64,000 nucleotides of DNA from Azolla caroliniana. Its lineage: Eukaryota; Plantae; Polypodiophyta. Positions 1-11,412 of this stretch are shown here, piece after piece. The first letter of the stretch is position 1. The number at the start of each line of letters is the position of its first letter. The notes beneath the pieces are model-generated. The model saw only the letters and a list, made by a program, of their open reading frames with translations, was not told the origin of the DNA and searched no databases. The DNA lies in the NCBI GenBank assembly GCA_043228905.1, contig JBHGNT010000021.1, positions 4,216,001 to 4,280,000 on the forward strand, in the 5' to 3' direction. The translations under genes were made by a program, and so were the position numbers.

Positions 1-1625
1 TTTTGATGGTGCTCTATTGGATGAGCCAACTCTGGACTTCAAAGGTCCAAGCTTATGCCACTGATTGCAGATCAGGATCAAGTTTACAAGCTGAAAAAGT
101 ATCTGAATCAGGGGATCCATGGGGAATTATATTTTCTGATTGGAATGGGAGTTTAACATTCTTCTCATCTCAGTTCTGTGGCGTCATTCATGTGAAAATC
201 ACAAAGCACCTCTCCAAACATAGCCCAATCTACAAATGAAGTTCATTTATGTATTTGATCAAAGCCACATTTGAGGAAAATCAAATTATTTTTACAGAGC
301 TCAATGTGCACAGTTGTTTATGGTTCAAAGAGTTTCTATTAGTGTCTTGCTATCAAATATTGGTTCTTTCTAGCATTGTGAAATATGCTATGATAAAATA
401 ATGCTTGTAAATACTTTGCACAAGGGTTTTTAATGTGTGCATTGCAGGCAATAATTTTTCATTCTTAAATATTGATTTCGCATATGAGACATAATATCAA
501 GTTGCTTTGATACAATACTTTTTGACAACTCTATAATCTACGATGATTAATGATTATGGGCATGAATGAGCTATATATATTTATATATGTGTTGTATGCT
601 TTTATGAATTTATCATCTTCTAAATCGATAGCTGATGTCCAAAGTTGTGTTATATTTATGAATGTAGCAGGGATGATATGTAATATAATGAGGAAATTCA
701 CTTAAGAAAAAACAATTTATGAAATGCAATCATTAATTTGGTGGAACCCATTCAAGGGTAGCAAATGTCACATTAAAATAATTCAGCTTCATAGTTCTAT
801 CAACTTTGGAAGTTTATGGTAATGGAAATCACATCTTACAAAAATAAAACAATTTAATACGAGGGATTCTAAATTTGGTTGACTATGTCGAGGGGAAAAA
901 AGATCATGCCAATAAGGGCTTATTTGTAGCAATATCAATTAATTGTAGGGTGATTTTGTGATTCACTGACCTCTGACATGCATGGCTTCATATGAAAGTG
1001 TACTCTACCATGCGACTCCGTACAAAACAAATGGCCATAAACATATTTCATGTGAAAAATTTGGCATTTACATTAGGTTAACATCCAAAGGTTTATGGGT
1101 TTGTGAACCATCTTAATTAGGAATTCACATTAGTATTGTTCATCAGACCGACAGATTCAGCATCGCATTATATTATATACAGCTGTATCATGTTTCCCAT
1201 TACATTTGCTACTACAATTCCATGAGATGAAGGCTTGACCTTATTTTATATATCCCACTTGTTTATATATATATATGTATATGTATATATATACTTATTA
1301 TTTAGCACTCTGGAGAAAGCAGAAAAGTAAAGTCTGAAAATTGAACAAATTCAAATAATTCGGTGCTTGTTAGGAATGTTCAACCTTCAAAATATCATGT
1401 TGAATGGTTATCTATCTTCCTGATAATCATATGCTTAAGACTAAACTCAAAATGGTTTTTTACATGCGTGCTTAATTAATTCTTAAGGAAAGAATAACAT
1501 TATCGGGATACAATTTTCTACATCATATCAGTAGAATACAAAATCATGAGCAAGAATACCCTGTGACAAATAATGTCACCACTGAATGCTCTTGCACAAC
1601 AAAAAGATTTTGCTTAATGATATGT

Positions 1626-2177
1626 TCAGCTAGTTTCATGTTTTACCAATTTGACATCAAAACCACCATCTGGTCGCTTAATCATAGTATATGGCATATA
1701 TGTGCCTAGCAATTTATCCCACATGATAAAGAAAGGTTGAGAGAAGTTGTACTTGTTGCCATGAAGTTGATGATGAACATCATGGTATGCTGTGTTATTT
1801 CTAAATAGCAAATGGAAAGGGTTACCCGGCAAGCGCAATCCACAATGATCATCAACAGTTTTGATGACCGCAAAGGAAAAAAAGAAGACTGATGTCCGAG
1901 GAGTCATTCCTGAAATAAGGAATGAAAATGCACCCCCTACAGTGTCCAGGAGCAACCCTTCAAGAGGATGGTTGTATAAAGCTCCAATTGCGTAAGGAAC
2001 AACGAGCCTATGATGCTGAGAATGAATATGTCGGTATAAGAACTTGTTCACATGCATATAGCGGTGTACCAAGTATTGCCATGTATCCATGACCACCATT
2101 GCAAAGAAAATTTGCAAACTTTGGATCCATAGACTAGGTCGGATAGTGTTGCCTGCCACTCCCATCCTTGATGTTAC
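1626..2177 (-). CDS. SBH: Sphinganine (sphingoid base) C4-hydroxylase, last coding exon
   Basis: Fatty-acid hydroxylase His boxes HRYMH, HSQHH, HDVHH and the NFSQPFF..WD motif. Acceptor ttttag|GTAACA at 2179/2177 is in frame with exon 20112-20339. Spliced product is 259 aa. Confidence 0.95.
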   Translation of the reverse strand, partial: VTSRMGVAGNTIRPSLWIQSLQIFFAMVVMDTWQYLVHRYMHVNKFLYRHIHSQHHRLVVPYAIGALYNHPLEGLLLDTVGGAFSFLISGMTPRTSVFFFSFAVIKTVDDHCGLRLPGNPFHLLFRNNTAYHDVHHQLHGNKYNFSQPFFIMWDKLLGTYMPYTMIKRPDGGFDVKLVKHETS

Positions 2178-2330
2178 CTAAAACGTTGAGTAACTCAGAC
2201 ATGGATTAGTTAGAAACATAAATTGCAATACATTATACACTATAAACCATAATAGTAACAGAAAAATAATGGCAGAGATCAAGTTTGAGAGATAGGAGTG
2301 GGTAAGAGATTTGAGTCGTCAAACTCGTTA

Positions 2331-2351
2331 CCCTAAACCCTAAACCCTAAA
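2331..2351 (+). repeat. Three copies of the plant telomere repeat CCCTAAA
   Basis: ccctaaaccctaaaccctaaa. Confidence 0.85.
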
Positions 2352-3229
2352 CAACACTCCAGCTCCAGCTGCTCTCTGCTATAGAACCTTCTGAGAATGC
2401 AATATATCCTCTTGTAAATGTGCCATAATTTTGTCCAATGCTCTTTCCCCTCTATTCCTCTCATCACACTTACAGTCTCACAGCCCAACTAACACTACGT
2501 TTTCTCAAATTTGTCTTTCTTCATTATCCGGTCCTTTGCTCTCTTTCCTCAATTATAGAATGTGAGAAAACTGTTATGAACAGTTGCAAGGTGCAACAGA
2601 GGCTAGCAACAGCCTAAAGATAAACTAAAACAAGAACTATATCTCCTAGTGAGGCTTGAATCCTTTTTATGAGTTACAATAGTGGAGGATGAGTTAAGGT
2701 AGTGGAGGAGTGGAGTGGAGAGAAAAGAAGAATGTAGTAAATGATGTAATGTACTCATAAGCTCAAAAAGTCGAGTGAAATGAATGCTGGAAGGAAGAAT
2801 TGTGTACCAATGCATGAGCATTTTGGCTATCAATGACAATTTGAATAGAAATGGCTAGTGGAATACTGAGATGGTCAAGGAATGCCACCTCTGCACTCTC
2901 TTTCATCTTTATTTATTATCTCTCCTCTACACTCTCTCTCTTCCTAGATTCTTCTCATTATTCCACTTTAAATGCCACCCCTGCAAGTCTTTAAATGCCT
3001 CCCCTCTCTTCCATTTTTCCAAGAGTTTTCTTTTCTTTGCAGCCTCCCTCCCCACCCTAAAGAGGATGTTCTCTTAGCAGCGACCCTCCCAACCTACAGA
3101 GAAGGTTCTTTTTCCCTCATTTGAGCCTCACCTAGAATCTAGGGAGGAGTAGAAAGACCCTTAGCATCTACTTACAGCTGCTGTAAACAGTCCAGTTGTA
3201 GCTCAAGAGGATATCCATGGTTTCACATG

Positions 3230-4307
3230 GCACCATTGTTTCGTCAACCATTCCCAACTCCCCAAAGAGTCCATCTTGGATGGGAACAATTACTTGGATT
3301 GGGAACTGCAGATACAATACCATCGTCTATGGAATGTCATCAATGGAAGTGAGAAGAAACCACCAGTAACTTCAACCACATCAGTAGCTAGTTCATCTAA
3401 AGATGAGATTAAAGCTTGGCTAGGTAAGGATTCTCGTGTTTAATATTAGACCTACCATTCCCTATCAATTTCAAAATACAGATGAAGAGACAACCAACGA
3501 ACTATGGGCAGCAATCAAAAGCAGGTATCATAGAGGTAAGCATGCTCAAATGAGTGCTGTTGAGAGTCAACTAGTGAATCATTCTCAACCTTTTGTAACA
3601 CAATTTCTCTTCTTCCCCACACACATAATATGAATTCATTTGTTGCCATGCTTCAAGACAGGGTCAAACTTCTAATAAAACATGTCTCCATGTCAAAAGT
3701 GAAGGAAAGTGTAAGCACAATGGCAACTCCTACAACAAAACCAATCCAAGACTAGCAAACAACCCAGCCTGCAAGTAGCTCAATTGTCATTATTGTGACT
3801 ACAAAAGCCACATTCAGCCCGACTGCCGGAAAAAGAAAAGAAACAATGTCAAGAGGTCTTCTTCTACCAAAACTCAGCCTACACCAAAATCAAACTCAGC
3901 CCACTCAGCCAAAGAAACAGTTTTCCTTGGCATTGAAGAACATTCTTCACATTTGGTTGGACCAACTACCTCAACCATTGATGAGCAGCTAGTAGACAAT
4001 GGTGTTACTGCAAACATTACTTATGACAAATCTATTTTGCATGATGCCAAACTTAGCTCCTCCCAAATCTCCATAGGAAATACCTCAAGCATTGAGGGTT
4101 TGTGTTTGGGTAATGTGTTTCTTAACACTTCTTCGAATCACGAATCTCCCATTCTTCAAGATGTGTTCAATATGCCTCACATCTCCACCAACTTACTTCC
4201 GTTCTATCAAATCACAAAGCAAGGTTATGGTTTCTACTTTGATAGCTCAGTTTTGGAAGTCATTAATACCAACAGCATACAAGTTGTAGCTATTGGGCAC
4301 ACGAGAA
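3230..4307 (+). mobile_element. Degenerate Ty1/copia element, gag-protease part
   Basis: LDGNNYLDW-like gag start, zinc-knuckle remnant near 3790, and copia protease-like LVDNGVTANIT...LQDVFNMPHISTNLL. Many stops and frameshifts. Confidence 0.75.
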
Positions 4308-5706
4308 TGTTGGAGGGTGGCAGCTCCAAACCTGCACTCTCTTTCATCTTTATTATCCCTCTTCTACATTCTCTCTCATTGGAAAGATTTAGAGAGACCT
4401 TTACTGTCAATGATTGCTCGCATGATAAGGAGCAAAGCATCGGTGCCCCACGATATAATCCGGGCAAAGATGGGAGCTGCACCTATAATAACCGAGGCAT
4501 TGTTCCGATCAGTGACATTTATCCAACGTCTTTGGGAGCTACCTAAACGAAGGTACCCAAGGTTGGCACGTATGTCATCAAGACAACTAGCTGAAAATGG
4601 AGACACTCATGGTTGGTATGCTGAAATGCAGCAATGGTTCGAGTCACATGGCATGAGTATAAATGCACTACCGCCGTTCCAATATAGCTTGGACTGTCCC
4701 CATCTAAATATGACCAAAGTGGAAAAGAATAGAGTGATCCGAACTGATATTATTAACTTGGAAAACAAGATAACATATATCAGCCCCAAAATACCACTTG
4801 GTACAAAGATGGCCCACTATAAGACGCACTTCTTACATACATCAGAGGATGGATTCGTCAATAGGCCACCTTATATGGACATACATCTATCCTATGCGCT
4901 GCGTTGTGTGATAGGCCAGCTAAGAACTTCATCACATCAGCTACAGATTGAAGTAGGCAGATATACATGACTACCTCTAGAAGAGAGAATTTGTCAATTG
5001 TGTCATCAAGGAGTGGAATCTAAGGAACACTATGTTTGTCATTGTAGTGTCTTTTATGAAATCAAAGGGAGATACCATTGCCTCTTTAAACAAGGCTTTG
5101 GCCCACTACGCAAGGTAATGGAATATGAGGACCAACAATACCTAGGACTTTTCTTGCTAGAGCTCAAGCGACATCGGGAAAAGTTGTTGAAGAATACAGC
5201 CACACAAGCTCATCCACAGAACAATCAAAAACTTTCTTTAGCCCCATCACTCCTACTAATGCTACAAGTCCATCAAGGGATACACAGATGGGCCCCAGAC
5301 CAGGACATAACAAAGGGGTTACAATTGATCGAGCAATAGCAATTTGCCGTGCACGTAGACCCCGGCCCCATGGACCACGACCTCGACACCCTTGTCATCG
5401 ACAGATAAAAGCCATTATCTCCCGCCATCGTAGGTGCTTCCCTCGCTTCGGAGACATTTCCATTTTAGATCGACCTATGCTAGAGATCTTTCGAAGACAA
5501 AAGCTACAATATACTTAACTTGAGAATCTCACATGTGCCAAAAACCAGATTCCCTCGTTTCTTCTCTTTTCATCTTATTTACTTTTATATTTACTGTGTA
5601 ATATTTATTTTATTTTGATTTGTTCTCAAAGATGAAAAAACACTCAAGATGTAATCTCTTATTTGGTCTTATAGGCCATTTTGGCCTCTTAAAAGACGTT
5701 AATATT

Positions 5707-5740
<34 letters not shown>

Positions 5741-6077
5741 TTCCTAGATTCTTCTGTCAAGAATCTGCAAGTTTTTAAATGCACTCTCTCTTCCACTTTT
5801 CCAAGATTATTCCCTCTTATTCCTCATTTATTGTACCTATTTGGTAGTACAAGAGTCACTTAACTACCAAATAACCCCAATTTCGTATAAATAGGCTATA
5901 CCATCCTCTTTTGTAAGAACTTTGGTTTCATTGATACTTACGAACAGGCTTTGCTGTTTGGCTGTATCTTTACATTTTGTAGTTATTTGCTAATGCTGTG
6001 TAACAGCTGTCTCACAGCTTGGCTGTGTCTATTTTTCCTTCCAACAGTTCCACTACTGCTATTAACAGCTTTTCGCA
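4308..6077 (+). mobile_element. LTR of family F (TG..CA), interrupted by a LINE fragment; related partial copies at ~2890-3040, ~6262-6456 and ~13616-14021
   Basis: Starts TGTTGGAG. Copies share the blocks ctctctttcatct..ttcctagattcttct..tttggtagtacaaga..tataaatagg. The 4308-14021 block is flanked by gagaa/aagaa (imperfect 5-bp TSD). Confidence 0.6.
4379..5740 (+). mobile_element. 5'-truncated LINE (RTE/RTEX-like ORF2 C-terminus) with (TTTC)n tail
   Basis: QLRTSSHQLQIEVGRY..ERICQLC...ESKEHYVCHC C-terminal CCHC region, then a 3' UTR ending in a tttc microsatellite. Confidence 0.8.
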
Positions 6078-6111
6078 GTCTTAACCATAAGAGTTGCCAG
6101 CATCTTAAGAG

Positions 6112-6260
6112 TTTCTTCTCTTTTCATCTTATTTACTTTTATATTTACTGTGTAGTATTTATTTTATTTTGATTTGTTCTCAAAGACGAGACAACACTCA
6201 AGATGTAATCTCTAATTTGGTCTTATAGGCCATTTTGGCCTCTTAAAAGAAGTTAATATA
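6112..6260 (+). mobile_element. Second copy of the LINE 3' end
   Basis: Near-identical to 5557-5705. Confidence 0.8.
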
Positions 6261-6456
6261 TATTTCTCTCTTCCTATAATTTGCAACTCTATAAATGCCT
6301 TCTCTCTCTTCCACTTTTTCCAAGATATTCCCACTTATTCCTAGTTTATTGTACATGTTTGGTAGTACGAGAGTCACTTAACTACAAAACAACCATTTCA
6401 CCCACGTTCCCCAATTTTGTATAAATAGACTATACCAGCCTCTTTTGTAAAGACTT

Positions 6457-7151
6457 ACAAATTGGCAACGGTCCAGTTTAGGCTTAACCAGGCCGGTTAA
6501 GCCTAAACCGTTTGGGGTTCTCAAACCTGAACCAAACCAAACCAAACCAATCCCTAAACCGGTTTGTGAGCAGGTGTGGGGCGAAAAAGCTTTAGAGGTG
6601 TGAAGAAACCCAAAAAAACACCACTACCACTTCTACTCTTCTTCTCCTCCTCGTAATTCCCAACCCCTTGGCATGTCCCCCATCCCCATCCTTCTCCAAA
6701 TTTGACATGCCCCCCCACCCCCATCCTCCTCATCTTCCTTTGTAGATTGCTACTACACGACCCTTTCCAAACCTCAATATGTCCATTCTCGATTGCTATT
6801 GCCCATCCCTCGACCACCTTCAAGTCAAGCTCGCCGCATCCTAGGTCCTAGGTCAAACTCAAGAGAGAATTTGGAACTAAAATTTCACCTATATATATAG
6901 AAAGAATGTACGGAGAAGGTCCACTATGCAGGCTCCCTCTCCTTCTCTGTCCCTCCCTCTCTCGACACTCAATAGTTTGTTGCCTATGGCTTCCTATTAG
7001 TCTCTCTCTCAACTTTCAAATTCGAACTTCTAACTTCTCACTGTCTAATTTCTAACTTTCTAAACCCTAATTATTAAACGGCTTAGATGGTTTGAGCCGG
7101 TTTGGCAAGGCTCAAGCCGAACCGGGCCGAGCCCCTAAGCCGCTAAACTAG
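6457..7151. mobile_element. Possible non-autonomous DNA transposon fragment (AACCG/CGGTT-rich ends)
   Basis: Clustered aaaccg/cggttt motifs at both ends. No TIR or TSD confirmed. Confidence 0.35.
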
Positions 7152-10100
7152 TGTCGTGAGGATTTTTGGCCATTGTGAGAAAACCGAGCAGAACAAGTAA
7201 AAACTGCACATAGTGAATTTATAAAATAAGAATAGGAACAAATGTAAAGTGTGAGGTGCTAAAGTGCACCACAAAGTTCATAAAGTGTAAATGTGATGTG
7301 CACATGCACATGTAAACTAAAGGGGAGTACATGGAAGTACGGGGGTAGTGACTAGTGGGCATGGTAGTGTGTGTGTGTGTGTGTGTGAGGAGAGGGAGTT
7401 AAAGCCCTATCAATCTCTCCTACTAAGATCAAGGCAAATATTCCCCATTGAATGAAGGGAATATTTGGCCTCTCTTTTGTAATGTGCCTGACCCCTTACT
7501 ACTATAAAAGGGGAGTGAGGGGTCACCATTGAGGGGGTTGCCATTTTGTCATTTTTGGGTAGACCATTAGGGTTTTAGTCTTCCTCATCCCTATTTCGTT
7601 TTAGGGTTTTGGTTTTAGGTTCCCCTTTCATAACATTTTCCTTTCTCTTGATTAGGGTTTAGTTCTTCCTATTTGATTAGGTTTTCTTCTAGTGGTGCTT
7701 GAGTCCGGCCTATATGGCCATGGTTGTAATCATATCATGATTTTCATGCCTTATAGTGTAATTTGTTTGATGAACCTTGTCTCCATCTATTTCTCTACCG
7801 TGTAGCTTAATCTCTTATTCTTTCTCCTACCCTTTCGAGCTCAAAGGCCGTAAGGGATAAGCACCCATTTCCCTTCTACTCCATAGTCCAAGACCCCCGT
7901 GGTCCCGCCCAAGCCGACAGGTACTCGCGGATTTCCGCGACATCTTTGGTGAACCCGACGTGAAGGGCAACAAGGGAGGATGAGGATGGAAGAGGAGGAC
8001 TTCACGGAAGTAATGGCGAGGACAGTGATGGATTATGTGAGGCAAAAAGAAAGACGAGACGCGGCTCAACAAGCTTCGAGAGTGTGGTCGCACGAGTCGG
8101 CCGTTTCAATGGGGACGAGGTCCCAAATTTTTTGAGAGCCTACAAAGCCGAGATGAAGAAGTGGGGGTGTGGATGAAGCAATGAGGCTAGAGTATTTTTG
8201 CCGAGTGGTGGCCGTATCGATACACGAAGAGGTCAAGGAGCTTCGAGAAGCTCATTAGTCGTGGTAGTCTTTCGAAGAAGCTCTATATGAGGCATGTGGG
8301 TATGAGAGACGAATGGGTAGCATCGGCGAAACCCACCAAAGCGCAATGAAAGCATTCCAAGAGTTCGAGCATCGTTTTGCTCAACTCTCAGAGCGGGATC
8401 GAAGATTGGTGGAGGTAGACAAGATCCTATTATTTTTTAAATCTGTCAATCGAAAGGAAAGGATGGACATTTTACTTGAGCTTGAAGATGATGATGGAGC
8501 AAACGTCCTCACCGAGGATTGGACCGAAGTAGAGAGGGTATGCCGGTGACATGATGAGAAGCGGTCGGCCGCAACACGGCCCGCGAGCAACGGTGAAAAG
8601 AGGGTGGCGAGTGACTACGCACTACCACCAAAGGAGGAGAGCTCATCGCGGAATGGTTCGGTTGAGTTCGACATAGAACCATTGGTAGGTTAGGTGTACG
8701 AGATCTTGAAGACGAAGGTCGAAGCAGGAGGAGGGTCTATTATGGATTCGGGCTCGAGAAGATTGGACGCGGAGGAAGCGCCTCCCTATGCACAAAGGAC
8801 AAGGCCTATGTGGAGGCCGAGGGATGGTACAATGGGGACATGGAAGAGGGTGTGGAGCGAACCACCTGCTCGTCTTGCAGGAAAAGGACAGCCATGGATA
8901 AGGCCGGGAACTACGGAGAAATGAACACCACTGCGAGAGTGGGCGGAAGTTTCGGGATGCGGTTGCCCGAAACGTCGAACGAAGAGGAGGCTTGCATAAC
9001 CGAGGACAACATAGCCACGAACAACGGCGTCCGAACAAAGGTGGCTACGGACATGACAGCGACGAGCGATGGTGCCAGGACATTCCCCACACCGGTTCTA
9101 GAGACTTCGGCCGCAGACCCCAAGAGCCCACGTGAGACTGGAGAGACGGATGGTGGCGGCAGCAAAGCTGGCGACTGAGACAACGACAAGGAGGATGAGG
9201 AAATTGGTAGCGGACGAAGACGAGATCCCTCGACATCGGGGCCGGAGACTTCGGCGGTTGCGCTCGAGCGTCAACATAAGACCAGAGAGATGGGAGGTGG
9301 CTGCGAGGAGACGTGGCCCAAGGCGGGCATGCACAAGAAGGAGGTGGCCGATGAAAACGTAAAAGGGAAAACGGTGGTGGAGTTTGATGGAGAGGCCGGG
9401 AGCGGCAAAGAAAGGAGAGTCAGCAACCGATCCGATCGAAAATCGATCCAGCCGGTAATCCGACTCGAAAGGAAGACAATTTGGCCGGTATTCCGGCCCG
9501 AACGAAAGAAGAACCAAACGGGAGCCGATCAACTGGGCCCGACCCGAAAGGTAGCTAACTTGGCCGAAATTGTTCAGCCGACACCGATCCGGAAAAGGGC
9601 TAAGCCGGCCTAATTGGAGATCGTGGCGAATGGACCACAACACCCGGTGGGAGCCAGTGAGCACGAGGAGGCCAAGCATGAACGATGAGTATGACTCAGT
9701 GGGAGACCGAGAGCGAGAGAAACCCTCCACGCCTACTCTTGAGACTTCAGCGGTTGCAGACCAATGTAAGACTGAAGAGATGGCGGGTGGCAGCGAGGAG
9801 TTGAACGCCTACGCGAACAAGGGTGTCGAAGGAGGTGACCGGAGCCCGAAGCACCACGGTGAGCTACGAGGGCCGAGCAGACTCGAGGGGTGTTCATTGA
9901 GACAACAAGACAACAAAGTCGGAGGTGATGGCGGATAACACCAACACGGATGTCGAGATGGTGGTGCACTCTACCGAGAGAGAACACCACGAGCAAGGGC
10001 AGAACGAAAAGTGTGTGATGTCACTTAAGGACCTAGAAATGAGCACGTATTCGAAGGAGGATGGCGTCGACGTAAGCGTAGACCCTTCAAAAGGCAAGCG

Positions 10101-11363
10101 CGGAACGGAGGGAGATGGCACGCCGAGGTGCACGGGACATGTAGATGGTCGGTTCGAAGGAGGGACATACGAGGTGCACGAGGGGTAGTATCTGACATGC
10201 AATCGCAGTGGTCTGGAGTCCAATCGGAGGACATGCACGGCGAACAAAAGAAGAGCGATCGGATTGACAACATAGTTTGAAAGGTCTACTATGACCGACC
10301 AGGAAGGAAGGTGGGAGCGTCGGACATGGTGGATCGAATGGAGCCAATAGTTCGAGATCATGCAACAGATACGGTGGATTGAGAGGCTACGGTGGTTCGT
10401 GTGGAAAGGATGGGCATGCTCGAAGGGGAAGACGAAGTCGGGCAAAGTCGACGAGGACACAAAGGGACTCGGTTGATCACCATTACCGAAAATCTCACCT
10501 CTTTCCCTTTCTTGGCACATACCGGTGGATGTGCGATTTGGTGGGGGTGGATGTCATGAGGATTTTCGTCAATGGTGAGAAACCTGAGCGGAACAAGTAA
10601 AAACGGGATGTGCAACATTGCACATGCACATAGTGAATTTGTAAAATAAGAATAGGAACAAATGTAAAATGTAAGGTGCTAAAGTGCACCATAAAGTTCG
10701 TAAAGTGTAAATGTGATGTGCACTTATCTGCACACGCACATGTAAACTAAAGGGGGGTACATGGAAGTACGGGGGTAGTGACTAGTGGGCATGGTAGTGT
10801 GTGTGTGAGGAGAGGGAGTTAAGGCTCCATCAATCTCTCCTCCTAAGATCAAAGCAAATATTCCCCATTGAATGAAGGGAATATTTGGCCTCTCTTTTGT
10901 AATGTGCCTCACTCCTTACTACTATAAAAGGGAGTGAGGGGTCACCATTAAGGGGGTCGCCATTTTGTCATTTTTGGGTAGACCGTTAGGGTTTTAGTCT
11001 TCCTCATCCCTATTTCGTTTTAGGGTTTCGGTTTTAGGTTCTCCTTTCATGTCATTTTCTTTTCTCTCAATTAGGGTTTAGTTCTTCTTCCTATCCGATT
11101 AGGTTTTCTTCTAGTGGTACTTGAGTCCAGCCTATATGGTCGCGGTTGTAATCATATCATGACTTTCATGCCTTATAATATAATTTGTTTGATGAACCTT
11201 GCCTCCGTCTATTTTTCTACCGTGTAGCTTAATCTCTTATTCTTTCTCCTACCCTTTTGAGCTCGAAGGCCATAAGGATAAGCTCCCATTTCCCCTCTAC
11301 TCCTTAGGCCACGACCCCCTTGGTCCCGCCCAAGCTGACACATACCTGCAGATTTTCGCGACA
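7152..11363 (+). mobile_element. Non-autonomous gypsy-type LTR element A (gag-like + acidic repeat region, no pol)
   Basis: LTRs 7152-7942 and 10552-11363 (TGTC...GACA), tRNA-Trp PBS 7947-7963, PPT ttggtgggggtgga ending at 10551. Degenerate gag (GRFNGDEVPNFL.., ILLFFKSV.., LTEDWTEVERVC) resembles the gag of element C. Confidence 0.88.
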
Positions 11364-11412
11364 TCTTTTGAGATGTCAACGTACCCGCGGATTTTCGCGA
11401 CATCTCAAAATA

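Noticed and set aside
3-239. 78-aa ORF at the window start, possibly the last exon of a convergent gene
   Set aside because: No recognisable motif, and it is cut by the window edge, so it cannot be supported.
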